Shown in pieces: positions 24,054 through 38,696 of a stretch of 64,000 nt of DNA. The position numbers and the translations under genes are program-made. The notes beneath the pieces are model-generated. The model did not search any database. It was given only the letters and a program-made list of their open reading frames with translations, and was not told the origin of the DNA. Location of the stretch: positions 2,666,001 through 2,730,000 of the forward strand of contig OX597816.1 in the NCBI GenBank assembly GCA_951406725.2, given 5' to 3'. The stretch comes from Octopus vulgaris (Eukaryota). The number at the start of each line of letters is the position of its first letter. Positions within the stretch are counted from its first letter, which is position 1.

Positions 24054-25559
24054 CAGAGTTGACAGCTTTGTTGACAGACAGAAAAGTGGATAAGATAAAT
24101 AGGCTGAGAGCTGGACGAGGTTGGTGGGTGTACACAAAGATAAGACTAGGTGGGCAGACAGGTAGATATATTAGTGGACATAGAGACAGTGGGGGTTCAA
24201 ACCTGTCAGCAGAGAGTTGAATTAGGTTTCAAACACCAGCTTAATAACCCTTTGTACTATAGGCAGAAGACCCGAAATCTGGTGGAGTGGGGAGGTCGGT
24301 TATGTCGACTCAAGCGATACTTATTTTATTGACCCCAAAATGATGGAAGGTAGAGGTGACCTTGGTAGAATTGGAACTCAGAACATAATGATGGACGAAA
24401 TACCGCTAATCATTTTGCTAACGATTCTGCCAGCTTGCTGCCTTAAATACCTATTTCTTTATTACCCACCAAGGGGCTAAACATAGAGGGGACAAACAAG
24501 GACAGACAAAGGGATTAAGTCGATTACATCGACCCCAGTGTGCAACTGGTACTTAATTTATCAACCCCGAAAGGATGAAAGGCAAAGTCGACCTCGGCGG
24601 AATTTGAACCCACAACATAACGACTGACGAAATACCACTAAGCATTTCACCTGGCGTGCTAACGGTTCTGCCAGCTCACTGCCTTGAATACCAGCTTAAT
24701 AATGACAAAGTTCTTTTACTATATTCTTCGTTCACACCAGCCTAGCTGTGTGGTGAAGAAACATGTTTTGTAACCATGTGGTTTTGGGTTCAGTCCCAGC
24801 ATACACTCACCTGCTATGGCCCTGGGATGAACTTATGTCCTGTGAGTGAATTTGATCGATGGAAACTGTTGGAAACCTGTCGTATGCATGCATATATATA
24901 TCTGCATGTCTTTATGTTTGTCTCCCACAACCACTGCTTGATAGCTGGTGTCGGTTTGTTTACATCCTCATAATGAAACAGTTTGGCAAAAGAGACCAGT
25001 AGAATAAGTGCATCATCATCATCATCACCAATTAATACCCATTTTCCATGTTGGTATGGGTTGGATGGTTTAGCAGGAGATGGCAAAGCTGGAGAGCTGC
25101 ACCAGGCTCCATTGTCTGTTTTGGCAGGGTTTCTACGGCTGGATGCCTTTCCTAACACCAACCACTTTACAGAGTGGCACGGTGGGGAGGCTTTTTATGT
25201 GGCAGGGTCGATTTGAAGACTAAACCCTTAAGGGCAGTGCCCTAGTATTGCCTTCAAGGGTTTAGTTTGAAACAAATAAAAGATAAAAGATTAGTTTCCA
25301 AATGAATTGGCAACAGAAAATTTGGTAACGAAGGGGTTTCAAGATATTCATGCTTTAACTCATGTGACGCCGCTAAGTTTTTTATAGTGGTGTTATATGA
25401 AATTGTCACCCATAATTATAACCCTAGTATCGATCTATTGTTATTTGTTACATTGGCTTCTTTCTTTGGTCTTAATTGATCAATAAAGAAGCTGCTCTCT
25501 TCATTGTTTTAAGCATCTTCAGAATAAAGATCAACAACAATAACAGAATCTCCAATCAA

Positions 25560-26000
25560 ATATTCTTCCTGCCTTTTTATCATCACTTCTCTCTTTTGTG
25601 TCAAGACATATTCTTGCCTTTCACGAATCCTGGCTTGTTCCTCCTCCATTTATTTCTCTCTCTCCTCACAACATCACCCAGGTGCCTTCCTCGCTCTGCA
25701 CATTCATTCTCTTCTTCCTCCACTCAAACATCTTCATTCTCTGCCTTCTCCTCGCTCTCCTTTCCCACCTGCTCAGTCTCCATTCCATCATCCTCTCAGA
25801 GAAATCTCCGCTGTCTCTCTCTCACACTATCCATCAACTCTCTCTTCACTTTCATCTTCTTCATCACTTTCACATTCCTCATCCTCTCTACCCAAGAGAT
25901 TCTAAGCATTTTTCTATAAAACCACATTCCTGCAGCTTTGAGTCTCTTCTCCATGACTTTGCTTATCGTCCAAGATTCACTCACATTAAATATTTTACTC
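25560..26000 (-). mobile_element. LINE 3' fragment (RTE-like)
   Basis: SESWTISKVMEKRLKAAGMWFYRKMLRISWVERMRNVKV...RERQRRFL. Confidence 0.7.
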
Positions 26001-26027
26001 AAAGGAGTATTTCTGGAGAGCCAAATT

Positions 26028-26682
26028 TAGTTAGTTAGTTAGTTAATTTTTTGGCTCAAAAAGCAAAAAGCAAGGCCATATAGGGGGACATGGAGTTATG
26101 TACAGGGTGGTGTTCATGTAAAGAGTTCAGGCCACTTGTGGTCAAGGGAGACTTTGAACTGAGTGGTCGTCGGCATCTTCACCATCTCGTCCGGCAGCTT
26201 ATTCTATGGATCCGCAACCCAGACAGAGAAAGCCCCTCTCCTTTGATTGAGATGAAATCGTCGCAGATAGAGCTTTTCGGAATGACCCCTGGAGCAGGAG
26301 TGAAGAACAGCTCTTTCGAGAGGTTACACTTTCCGCTTATGATGTTGTGAGCAAGAATGAGATCTCCACGGCATCGTCGTTTTTCTAGAGAATAAAGGTC
26401 GAGCGTCTTCAGCCTTTCTTCATAAGACAAATTCTTGAGACCAAGAACCATGCGGGTAGCCAGCTTCTGGACTCTTTCGAGATGCTGTATGTCTTTGAGG
26501 AGATAAGGAGAAGAGACTTGAATCCCGTACTCCAATATGGGTCTCGCCAGCGTGACATAGAGCAGTAGGAATATGGCTGCTGTGAGCATTCCGAATGACC
26601 GTCGAATCAAGAACAGAACTCCGCGTGCTTTGTTGGCAGCATGGACGCACTGGGCCGAAGGCGAAAAGGAGGAATCCACCAA
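26028..26682 (-). mobile_element. CR1-clade LINE 3' fragment with (AACT)n tail
   Basis: ARPILEYG..SPY..KDIQHLERVQKLATRMVLGLKNLSYEERLKTLDLYSLEKRRCRGDLI. Confidence 0.85.
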
Positions 26683-28390
26683 GATTGAACTACAAACTGA
26701 ACTTCCCCTCCCAACAACTGGTTTCTTTTTACAGTCAGATGGACTGAGGCATTTACAGTCTTTGCTAAAAACATACAACTGCTCTCCCCACTTTAAAAAA
26801 AAAAAGCAAGCATAGATTTGCTATATTTTGCAGCAGATACCAAATCAAGAGAATTGACTCTGTTTCCTGATTTTTTTGTTTTTTTTTGTAACTCCCCAAA
26901 TTCTTTTAAAGCATATTTTGTGGGAGGAGACCTAGATTGGCCCCAGTATTTAGCTGGTATCAGCCCTAAGAAAATTTGAAGTGAGAACGTCAAAGAGAAT
27001 AACCAAATTCCATAATGTTGCCATCACCTATGTCAGTGTTTAGAAATTAAGTGAAACTGGATCTGATGTTTCAAATTGAAGAGATCCATCATCATCACCA
27101 TCATTTAACATCCACTTTCCATGCGAGCATGGGTTGGATGGTGTAATGAGCTGGTAAAGCTGGGAACTGAACCCTTGTCTGCTTTGGCATGGTTTCTATA
27201 GCTGGATGTCCTTCTCCCTAACAACAGCCACTTTACAGAAATGGGGACTGAGTGCTTTCTCCATGACACCAGCACCAGTTCTCAACACTCATGCTTTTTA
27301 CGTAGTAATATCATCATCATCATCATCATCGTTTAATGTCCATTTTCCATGCTAGCATGGGTTGGACGGTTCAACTGGGGTCTGGGAAGTCAGGAGGTTG
27401 CGCCAGGCTCCAGTCTGATCTGGCAGTGTTTCTACAGCTGGATGCCCTTCCTAACGCCAACCACTCTGTGAGTGAAGTAGGTGCATTTTACATGCAGCCG
27501 GCACAAGTGCCAGGGGAGGCTGGCAGCAGCCACGATTGGTCGGTGCTTTTTACGTGCCACTGGCACAGAAGCCAGTCAAGGTGGTGCTGGCATCGGCCAC
27601 GTTCGGATGGTGCTTTTTACATGCCACTGGCACAGGTATCACAACTACAATTTCCATTCTCTAATAATTATTTCTACTACACACTACAAGGCCTGAAACT
27701 TTGAGGGAGGGGGCTGGTCTATTACATTGACTCTGGTATTTGACTGGTCCCTATTTTATTTTCCCCCAAGAGGATAAAAAGCTAAATTGATGTTGGCAAC
27801 ATTTGAACTCAAAGCATGCAAAGCAGTTTGTCTCGTCTGGTTAATGATTCTATGAGCTCAGCGCCTTCTTTGTCTCAAAGCAAACTGATGAGATGCCAGG
27901 CCAGCAGAGACGTTGGCACATCGGGAAAATGTTTTGTGCCATTCCGGTTGTTTTTAGGTTTTGAGTTCAAATTCTGTTGAGATTGACTTGGCCTTTCATC
28001 CTTTTAGGGTTGATGAAATTAAGTACCAGTTGCATACTGGGGTCGATGTAATCGACTTCCTCTCCCCAAAACTTGCTGGTCTTGCGTCAAAATTTGAAAC
28101 CAATATAATAATAACCGATACAAAGGTTGGTTGGTTGATTTCTCCATTCTTTACGGTGGAGAGAGGGAGAGTGACACAGAGAGAGCTAACATAAATGGTA
28201 CTGGACGAGTGCATATACTAGGCTTGGTGCTATGCAATGAGTAAAAGATCATTACACATATAATGAAAAAAAAAAAGACTCACAAACATAGATGAGGGGG
28301 AGTAAATGTCAGAGTAATGGAAGAAGTTTGAAGAACATCTTAAGAATGAATACATGTACATTGTGTTTTTCTTGTATTTGATTTTATTAA

Positions 28391-28828
28391 ACGGGATCTT
28401 TTCCTTTTGAACGCCAGTTTTTAACATAATTTCTAGGTAACTAAAAAATTTTAAACTTCGTATACTGGTAGAATGTGTTTATAAAACATCATTTTCTTTT
28501 GGCTTTATTGAGAAAATTCTATAGGTTGTAACATATTTCGTCTTTAATTTCGAGCATTTCGGCAATTTTAACCAATCACTGGCGTCCATTTAGGTAAATA
28601 ACATTCTGTGCATAATGAATATGTCCCTCCTTTAAGAAACTGATTGGGTTTATTTACATTTGTGAAGAAAAAAGATACCCTTCCCCCACCCCTAACCCTA
28701 ACCCTAACTAACCCTAACTCTAACCCTAAATCTAAAATAGATTGAAATGCAATAGATCGATACTAGGGTTATAATTATGGGTGACAATTTCATACGACAC
28801 CGCTATAAAAAACGTAGCGGTGTCATAT
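28391..28828 (+). mobile_element. Unclassified non-autonomous element with internal (CCCTAA)n and a terminal hairpin
   Basis: telomere-like repeats at ~28689-28729; terminal hairpin GACACCGCTA...TAGCGGTGTC; inverted partial copy at 25365-25440. Confidence 0.55.
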
Positions 28829-29548
28829 AGAATTTATTTCACATACATACATACATACATACATACACACACTTACATACATACATACACACACATACAA
28901 ACATACATACACACACACATACATACACACATACACACACACACTTACATACATACACACACACATACATATGTTTTTGTTTGTGTGTAAAGTTGTCCCC
29001 AATGATTGCATGTCTGCCATATTTCCTGATATATTATCCATCATGGCAAGAATATATTCTGCCGAAGTTCCCTCGTCACGGCGAGTTGCCTTCCAGTTTC
29101 TATAATAAATTCAGTATCAAAAGTCATTCGCCGGACTTCTCCGTCCTGGACACTGATCCGTTCTTTTGGTATTTCAAACTATAACAAAAATGAATATAAC
29201 AGTGTGTTTGTGCGTAATTAAAACAGCTTTCCTAGCTTTAACCTGATGTAATTATTTCAGATTCCACACACGATCTCCGATCAAATCCCTTGTCAATCAA
29301 ACACGATTTCGAAAATACAAGTTCAAAGTTATCAAATGATTTGCATCGTGGCCATCACTGCTGGTTTTTCAACTCGATTGTTTATTCAAGTGAATGCCTG
29401 GCTGTAATTCTCATTTAAACTGTTGCACATCAAATGAAAACAGTTTCAGATTTAAATCTGATCATATTTAAGTCGCCTCAAAAACTTTCGCCTTCGTCCT
29501 CCAAACTTATTACGTAAACCATTAACCCTAACACCGCATGGTTGATCT

Positions 29549-29933
29549 GTGGAGTCGCAATGGCCCAGTGGTTAAGGCAGCGGACTCGCGGTCGTAGGAT
29601 CGCGGTTTCGATTCCCATACCGGGCGTTGTGAGTGTTTATTGAGTGAAAACACCTAAAAGCTCCACGAGGCTCCGGCAGGGATGGTGGTGATCCCTGCTG
29701 TACTCTTTCACCACAACTTTCTCTCACTCTTACTCCTGTTTCTGTTGTACCTGTATTTCAAAGGGCCGGCCTTGTCACTCTCTGTGTCACGCTGAATATC
29801 CCCGAGAACTACGTTAAGGGTACACGTGTCTGTGGAGTGCTCAGCCACTTACACGTTAATTTCACGAGCAGGCTGTTCCGTTGATCGGATCAACCAGAGC
29901 CCTCGTCGTCGTAACCGACGGAGTGCTTCCAAC
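29549..29933 (+). mobile_element. Full-length tRNA-derived SINE with 12-bp TSD
   Basis: A box TGGCCCAGTGG, B box GTTTCGATTCC; TSD CATGGTTGATCT at 29537-29548 and 29934-29945; second copy at ~54352-54736. Confidence 0.9.
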
Positions 29934-30198
29934 CATGGTTGATCTAAGGCTGTGGTTCTCAACCATTTGTTTTGATTACTGCATCATTCTGGTGGACTCC
30001 CCCCCCCTCATAGCCATTCGATGCTTAAAAACTAGTTTTATTGATACTTATTTCAAAATTTCCTATTTTGGTTTTCGCTCATTCCCTTGTGTAGGTTTGC
30101 AGTAACACTCTCTGCGAGAACATGATTCAGTGGCCGCCGCAAACATGTCGAACTGCGTGAAATATTAGCGAAAGGAAGCGATTTCTTGTAAATATATT

Positions 30199-31361
30199 TA
30201 CAAGCTGTAGTCAAAAAGTATCCGACCTTTGCCCCCCCCCCCCCCATCTCTCTCTATATATAAAGCTGAAGTTGTCTGTGTATGGCAGGTTTGGTAGCCT
30301 TCAACTAACGCTATCTCCTCCGGGACCCTGCGGCACAAGTTGACCAAAATTGAGAGTATGATAGAAGAAGGCTTGCTCTTCCTTCCGTCGAAGAAAAAAT
30401 TCAAATCGGACCATGTTAACAACAAAAATTATTTACATCAAAAAGGTGCTTTTTTTCTATGGAAATCCCTATATTTTAACGATTTTTTGACTGCTGTGTC
30501 GCCATTTTTCGGTGTATTTCAACCAGAAAAATGTTCACTTAAAGAGAATAACAAGCTGCATAATGCAAAATTTTTACTTTTCAAAAATTCCAATTCTAAA
30601 GGGTCGAAACAAACCCGAGCAATGCTGGGCGATACTGCTGGTAATATTAAAAAAAATCACCATTTTGATTGAGCCTCCTTCTGTTGACTCAAATTTTCTC
30701 CCTTTGATTTTTTTTTTTTTTTGAGCTTTGGGAAAAGCCAAAAGTCACACAAAGCCGAGCCTGGGAAGTAGGGAACCTGACGAACAAGTGGTTTGTGGTT
30801 TGCTTGACGAAAAATGTTTGGACGACGTGGGCGGAACGAACTAACTGAACTGACTCATGGCTGATTCCAACTTCGGCAACGACGGTCATCATAGACTTAT
30901 TCCTCGAACTTTTGCAATCATTTCGTCCTTTCTGCTCGTCGAAGGTCTGCCACAACGTGGCTCGCTGTCCACTGAGGTGCAGCCATCATCGAACCGGTTG
31001 TACCGCCCCTTTATTTGTGTTTTTCCCAAAGCAGCATCCCCCAAAGGCCTTCTGAATCTTCTCGACAGCCTCGGCTCGCGTATCACCCAGTTCTTGGGCA
31101 GAATTTGATGCAGTGTCTCTGCTCAGTGCGCTCGATCATCTGGACTCAAAAAGAAGAGTTGCACAGCACACTCTTCATGTCTGTACTCAACGCGTCACTG
31201 CGGGCGAATGGGGCAACCTACAGACAAGACAATGTTTGCGCATGCTCAGGAAGAACGCGGCCACCCAATACCCACCCAATACCCACACGGATTTTACTCA
31301 CGCATTATTTTGTGCAAAAGAAAAAAAAATCAAGGTCGGATATTTTTGACCACACCTCGTC
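30199..31361 (-). mobile_element. Degenerate mariner transposon with a nested Helitron-like insert
   Basis: imperfect TIRs GTAGTCAAAAAGTATCCGACCTT / AAGGTCGGATATTTTTGACCACAC; N-terminal remnant ...GDAALGKTQIKGRYNRFDDGCTSVDSEPRCGRPSTS. Confidence 0.8.
30247..30641 (+). mobile_element. Non-autonomous Helitron
   Basis: 5' A|TCTCTCTCTATATATAAA; 3' CCCGAGCAATGCTGGGCGATACTGCTGG|T, a shared terminus with 49198, 51544 and 55776. Confidence 0.75.
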
Positions 31362-31429
31362 CATCTGAATAAATACATCTAAAGCGGAAATTTTTTCAGG
31401 GACCCTTAAAATACTACAGTGGATCCTCA

Positions 31430-31580
31430 ATTTGCTTTCTTGCTCGCGTGGACCCCCAAAACTCTTACATGGACTCCCAAAACTCGTTCAAGGACTCTAA
31501 AAAGTCTTTCACGGACCCCCAGATCTCTTTCATGGACCCCAAAACTCTTACATGGACTTCCAGGGTCCTTATGGACCTCG
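31430..31580. repeat. ~21-bp tandem repeat (TGGACCCCCAAAACTCTTACA-like), about 7 copies
   Basis: direct reading. Confidence 0.8.
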
Positions 31581-34500
31581 ATTGAGAAATAGTAGACTAG
31601 AGCATTAAATCTGTAAAGAATTTCGCCTTTAATCAAACAGACGCTGGTGGAGCGTGTTGAGATAATTGGTATGAACTGACGAAGTATGTAGAGCCGTGTT
31701 TCATCCCTCCACATCACTGAGTTTAATCCCTGTTGAGGATGAAGTTGACTTCACTTTTCAGCCAACCCTTTGTCGATGAAAATATGTGTTACAAGTACAA
31801 TGGAGTCCAAACCAGCCTATTATACGTTTATAAAAGCGGTTCATCTTAGACCAACGCTAAGTTTCTTGGTTTCAAATGTCGGCACAAGGCCAGCAATTTC
31901 GGAGGCAGGAGTAAGTTGATGCCATCGACCCCACTAATCAACTGGTACTTATTTTAGCAGTTCCGAAAGGAGGAAAGGCAAAGTCGACCTCGGCAGAATT
32001 TGAACACAGAATGTAAAGACGGATGAAATGCCGCTCAGCATTTTGTCCGGCGTGTTTATGATTCTGCCAGCTCACCGCCACACCAGCTCTGAAAATATTA
32101 TTAAAAGAGTTGAGCTGTCGTTTGAGCTCAGATCAATTCTGCCCCACTAAGGCTTATAATCAAAAACATCCCAGCCACGACCATCCCGTCGTTTCCATCG
32201 ATTGTGTAGAGGAAAGGTGGACAGAAACTGAAGAGCATAGGGCTAAATACATTACAATGTTGAGTGTTGCTCCTTTGTTATTTTGAGTTCAAATCTGAGA
32301 CGTGGTTCATCTCTCAATCCATTGTTTATGCCATACAAGAAACAAATATGTTTTTTTTCTCCTGGAGGTAGTTTAGCAATTGACTTTCGAAACACCAATG
32401 GTTACATAAATTGCTTTCAAATACCTGAGATTTTGTTTCATTTCATTTTTCGCTGGAATCGACACGATTATATTTAAAATATAGAAAAACCAAAGAAGAA
32501 TTTGTTAAGCTGAAGTAATCTTGGAAGAAGTATGAGGAATGGTTAAACTAATATGGCGTCAGATAACGATTTTTAATATTAGAATAAATTGATTAAAGCA
32601 GCCCGACTACTTTTTTTTTTAGCTGAAGCGTATTGCATATAAACTTTGACGGGATGAAAGGCAAAACTCGTTCCGGATCGCTTTTGAACTCAGAAAAAAA
32701 TAGATACAAGACAAAACTCTCCAAGGTATTTAACCCATCAGTCTATCGTTCATGATACCCGAGATACTCAGCCTGTTTAAAGAAAAAAAAACGAGGTTAA
32801 TGACTTGTTTCAAATGTAAACCAAATGTAAGTGAAACGGTGCAGGTATACTTATCACAGACCTTAACTCTCTACAGAAGTTCTCATGTGCTTATATTTAC
32901 GATAATCACACGCCTACAGAGGTTTAATCTGAGATAAAATAGGCAAAGCGCCAAGCCTGGAATGTGAACTTGTGCTGTTAAAAAGCCTACTGAAATCGAA
33001 AATAAAATGAATTCGTTAATGAAAGTAATTAAAGTTAATATAAAATTGTAATTTTTTTTTCAATTGGTATTATAATAAACCTATGAGGTTTATTGGAAAA
33101 CCTAATCAAAGATAAATTATTCAGATGTCTAAAGCATGTATTTCCTTTTCAGTCATACGTGAAATGTTCTATATTTATGGTTTGAGTAATTGCTTTCTAA
33201 TTCTTATGAGAAGACAAAATAATATCTGCATTGAATGGTGTGGTTGTCAGAAAAGAAACATTAATAAACGACAAGAAGAAGAAGAAGAAGAAGAAGAAGC
33301 GATTTAAGAGCTGAGAGTAAAGATATATGAAGGGAGAAGAGGAGAAGTAGGAGGAAGAGGAAGCGGAGGAGGAGGCGGAGGAAGTCTGGTATAATGACGT
33401 TAAGGAAACAGGCTGACTTTACAACGATCAATATACAATTTTGAAATAATCGCTCATTTAAACAGACATGGATGACAATTTCAAGCATTTGGTTTCAGCA
33501 ACAGACATTAAATTGGTAATATTTGGTCGGGAATCGATATGAGTGGAGAGAGATAAGGAAGACATTTTTATTGTACTTGTCCTCAATCAAAGTCAATATT
33601 TCATTGGGTAAAAATGGTGAACATTTGAAATCAATAGCGAAACACTCGGTGAGACGGTTTCGCAACAGGTTTTCGAATCTCAAAATTAATTCCCTACAAT
33701 TATCCTTCAAATGGATTCGAGAAACGCATGAATGTCTCTTAATCTTCTAATGTAGAGCCGTGCATCAAATGGGGGAAAATAACCCTGTTATATTTCTTAG
33801 AATTCGTTAGTAAGCATTCTTGAGCAATATCTAAGCTTTCTGCAACTCGAAGACACAATTGGAAGACTGCCTTCCCAATACTTTTCAGGAAGGTGGCGAG
33901 CTGGCAGAAACGTTAGCAGGCCGGGCGAAATGTGTAGCCGTATTTCGCCTGCCGTTACGTTCTGAGTTCAAATTCCGCCGAGGTCGACTTTGCCTTTCAT
34001 CCTTTAGGGGTCGATTAAATAAGTACCAGTTACGCACTGGGGTCGATATAATCGACTTAATCTGTTTGTCTGTCCTTGTTTATCCTCTCTGTGTTTAGTC
34101 CCTCGTGGCTAGTAAAGAAATAGGTATTTTGTCTGTCTTTACGTTGTGAGTTCAAATTCCGCCGAGGTCGACATTGCCTTTCATCCTTTCGGGATCGACA
34201 ATTTAAGTATCAGTTGCGTACTGGGGGGGGGGGGTCAATCTAATCGACTAGCTCCCTCCCCCAAAATTTCGGGCCTTGTGCCTAGAAAAGAAAAGAATAC
34301 TTTTCAGGTGATGGCTTAGAAAAAAAGGTAAAGTGGGTATTTAGTTACCTCCCTTTACGCTCTGAGTTCAAATCCTACCAAAGTCGAATTGCCTGTTTGT
34401 CCTTCCTTAGTCTATTAGATAAGTACATGAAATGAACTCCAGGAATCAATTTAATCGATTTCCCCGTTTCCTTAAAATTTAAAGCCTTGTACCAACTTTA

Positions 34501-34717
34501 GAAATCAATATTTTTCTTGTCTACTAAAGAACTCCAGGTATTTATTCGTCTCAACCAATGGACAATCCACCTTCTTCTAATTAACTGATGTCTTTGGATT
34601 CCACAGGATCCTTGCCAGTGGAATAAAACTAGAAGATCGCAATTTATCGAAAGAACTAATTCCGAATGTCATACATAGTAATGATCCATTATTTCTCACT
34701 CTCGTTCGCTATTTCCC

Positions 34718-34785
<68 letters not shown>

Positions 34786-35157
34786 ATTCTAAAGGCTTGG
34801 CTCATACAACAATCGTTTTTTTGTCTTCCGGATCACAACCTCGTTTAGGCTTAGCGGCCCTTCCTGTTTGTTTTCACTGCCCTGGTTGTGTTACCTATTT
34901 TGACCCTTCGCAAAATCCCAAATTTTATTTAATTTGCTTTGCGGGAGCAACTGTTTTATCGAAAGCGTATATTGTTGTTAAATGCTCGAAATACGAGACT
35001 AGAAAAACCACCAACAACTGATGAAGGGTCGTCTTTATGTTGTTTCTTTTGTTTTCTATTTGTGTCTTTTGTTGTTCGAAAAAATAGTTCATATTCCTTG
35101 TACTCGTACTTCGTACATTTTTGTTACACACGTTTCGTGACGTCCAATGCCTACATA

Positions 35158-35207
<50 letters not shown>

Positions 35208-35266
35208 CGTATATGTGTACGTATGTACATATACGTATGTATATATGCATATATATATATATGATT

Positions 35267-35307
<41 letters not shown>

Positions 35308-35430
35308 TACAAATACACACACGTGAAAGTCGGAGAGAATCTGGCCTCAAGCAAACAAAACGACTCGTACGAAAGTAAAAAATTGTAATTTAAGACGATA
35401 GACAAAGACGAAACGAGCAAAATACTGCTT

Positions 35431-35608
<178 letters not shown>

Positions 35609-35843
35609 TGTGAAGCATGACTGTCAACACTACTACATGAACCCGAAGATTGCAGAATTCAATGCATGAAAGTACTAGTTCAATCAGAATGAACATTTAA
35701 CATTCTACTATTTCATTTCATTTTATTTTATTCAATTATAATATATTATCTTATAATATATCATTATAAGATTGTAAATAAAACGTGAAAATCAGACAAG
35801 GTTGGAATTCTTTTTATTTATATATATATATATATATATACAT

Positions 35844-35888
<45 letters not shown>

Positions 35889-37835
35889 AGGAGAGTTTAC
35901 GAAAAAAACAAAAGACGAAGACAGGTGGTGTACAAAACAAACAGATGTATTAGTATAACGCTCAGGAATAGAAAAAGTCTTTTACGTTTCGAGCCTATAT
36001 ATCTTCTTTTATCTTTATCTTTTATCTTTTACTTGTTTCAGTCATTTGACTGCGGCCATGCTGGAGCACCGCCTTTAGTCGAGCAAATCGACCCCGGGAC
36101 TTATTCTTTGTAAGCCCAGTACTTATTCTATCGGTATCTTTTGCCGAACCGCTAAGTGACGGGGACGTAAACTCACCAGCATCGGTTGTCAAGCAATGCT
36201 AGGGGGACAAACACACAAACACACACACATACACACACACATATATATATATACATATATACGACAGGCTTCTTTCAGTTTCCGTCTACCAAATCCACTC
36301 ACAAGGCATTGGTCGACCCGGGGCTATAGCAGAAGACACTTGCCCAAGATGCCACGCAGTGGGACTGAACCCGGAGCCATGTGGTTGGTTAGCAAGCTAC
36401 TTACCACACAGCCAATATATATGTTTGTGTGTCTGTGTTTGCCTCCCCCACTCGACATCATCGTTTGACAACCGATGTTGGTGTGTTTACGTCCCCGTAA
36501 CTTAGCGATTCGGCAAAAGAGACCGATAGAATAAGTCCTGGGGTCGATTTGTGTGTCTAAAGGCGATGCTCCAGCATGGCCGCAGCCAAATGACTGAAAC
36601 AAGTAACAGAATAAAAGAACATATATGCATACATACATATATATTTATACATACACATATACATACATATATGTAAATACATACATACGTACGTAAGTAC
36701 GTAAGTATGTATGTATGTATGTATGTATGTATGTATGTGTGTATGTATGTATGTATGTATGTATGTATGTATGTGTGTATGTATGTATGTATGTATGTAT
36801 GTATGTATGTATGTATGTATGTATGTATGTATGTATGTATGTATGTATGTATGTATGTATGTATGTATGTATGTATGTATGTATGTATGTGTGTATGTAT
36901 GTATGTGTGTGTATGTATGTATGTATGTATGTTTGTATGTATGTATGTTTGTATGTATGTATGTATGTATGTATGTATGTATGTATGTATGTATGTATGC
37001 ATGCATGTATGTATGTGTGTATACATACACACACACACACAAACCGTGGTGCATTTATACGGCTCTGGGTCGTTAATATCAATTAGAAGGTTGATCCCTT
37101 TTTTTGACGTCTTCTAAACACAATATTCACTAAATCTCTCTAAAGCTCGTCTATTTATCTACAAAAATCCCGATATCTCGATTTATCAATATCTGCAGTT
37201 GTTTTCAACTTATTTTTCTTGCTATTGGCATCGGTATTTGGTTCAATGGATCTTGGATTTGCTTGGATTCTTTTTTTTTCTTTTATATTTTTAAAAAAGC
37301 TCTTTTGATTTTTCTTTTCCCAAATGTTTGGCCAAAATATCTCCAATCTCTTTATGTCGGTGGACCTGGGTTATTGATACGATTTTTGTACAAACTGTTA
37401 GAACGTAACGTATTTTCCTTCTTTACCAGAAATATCAAATGTTTATCGTGGTTTAGAGAACATTCGGCTATTTCTGGATCTCTGCCAATATAGGGTGATT
37501 TGAGACGTTTTTTCTAAAAATATTCTGTATATTTCTTATAGTTTTATAAATTAGGGATTGAAAACGAAAATGAAAGACAAAAAAAAAAAAACACAAAAAA
37601 ACACACACACACAATAAAAAAAGCGTTTTAAATTTTATTGACTTTCATGAGTTGGTTTGTTTTCGGCCATTTATGTTCTAATATTAACTGTTTTGTTCTT
37701 GTTAATTATGTTGGTTTACAAGTAATGCTGTTTGCAATTATATACACAATTGCAAAATTGCCAAACTGTGTGTGTGTGTGTGCATCTATCCATCTATCTA
37801 TCCATCTATCTATCTATCTATCTATCTATCTACCC

Positions 37836-37983
<148 letters not shown>

Positions 37984-38255
37984 TAAAGGAATGGTCTGTT
38001 CCATGCTGTTTTTACGTTTTCGTTTCTCGTTGAGTTCTACGTCTATTTGTGGTGTCCTGTACACACGTATATATATTTATATATGCATGTATATATACAT
38101 GTAGATGTAGGTACGTACATATATGTTTGTATGTATGCATATATTTTATTTATTGCACTATTGTATGACTGAGCGCCTTCGCGTCGATTCGATTCGATTC
38201 GTTTGGATATATATATATCTTTTTTCTGTTTTTTCTTTTTCTGCTTCTTTTTGGA

Positions 38256-38555
38256 GGCCTTCCGAGTGGTCGTTTCCGCTCGCGCGGGTACCACTCGACA
38301 AAAGTGCGGGTCCACCGATTATCGGTGAGCCGGGCGACGTGTCCAGCCCATCTAAACTTGCTGCGTAGTGGTACCCGCGCGGACGGAAACGACCACCCGG
38401 AAGGCCCCACGACGGTGGAGTTACGATTTCAGGAGGGCGATTGGGATCACGTGGATGAGAAAGGCGCGATCCAGAGAGGAGTGGACAGCGTGCTGTGACC
38501 AGCGGTGTCAAATGGACGCTCAACGGACTGGTCGGTCAAGGTGATCAAGGTGATA
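38256..38555. mobile_element. 5'-inverted LINE (RTE-like) 3' fragment
   Basis: minus strand KFRWAGHVARLTDNRWTRTFVEWYPRERKRPLGRP; plus strand from 38367 restarts at WYPRGRKRPPGRPPRRW and runs to a (CAAGGTGAT)2 tail. Confidence 0.75.
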
Positions 38556-38645
38556 CCTTGTCGAACCACTAAGTTACGGGGACGTAAACACACCAGCATC
38601 GGTTGTCAAGCGATGTTGGGGAGACAAACAGACACACAAACATGT

Positions 38646-38696
<51 letters not shown>

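Noticed and set aside
28689-28729. Chromosome end or telomere fusion site
   Set aside because: Only about six degenerate units, in one orientation, inside a repeat element
29549-29625. tRNA genes here and at 39575, 50721 and 54352
   Set aside because: Acceptor and anticodon stems are imperfect and each continues into a repeat body, most with TSDs; these are SINE heads
37040-37560. Possible Penelope RT remnant on the minus strand
   Set aside because: Many stop codons and no diagnostic motif I can support
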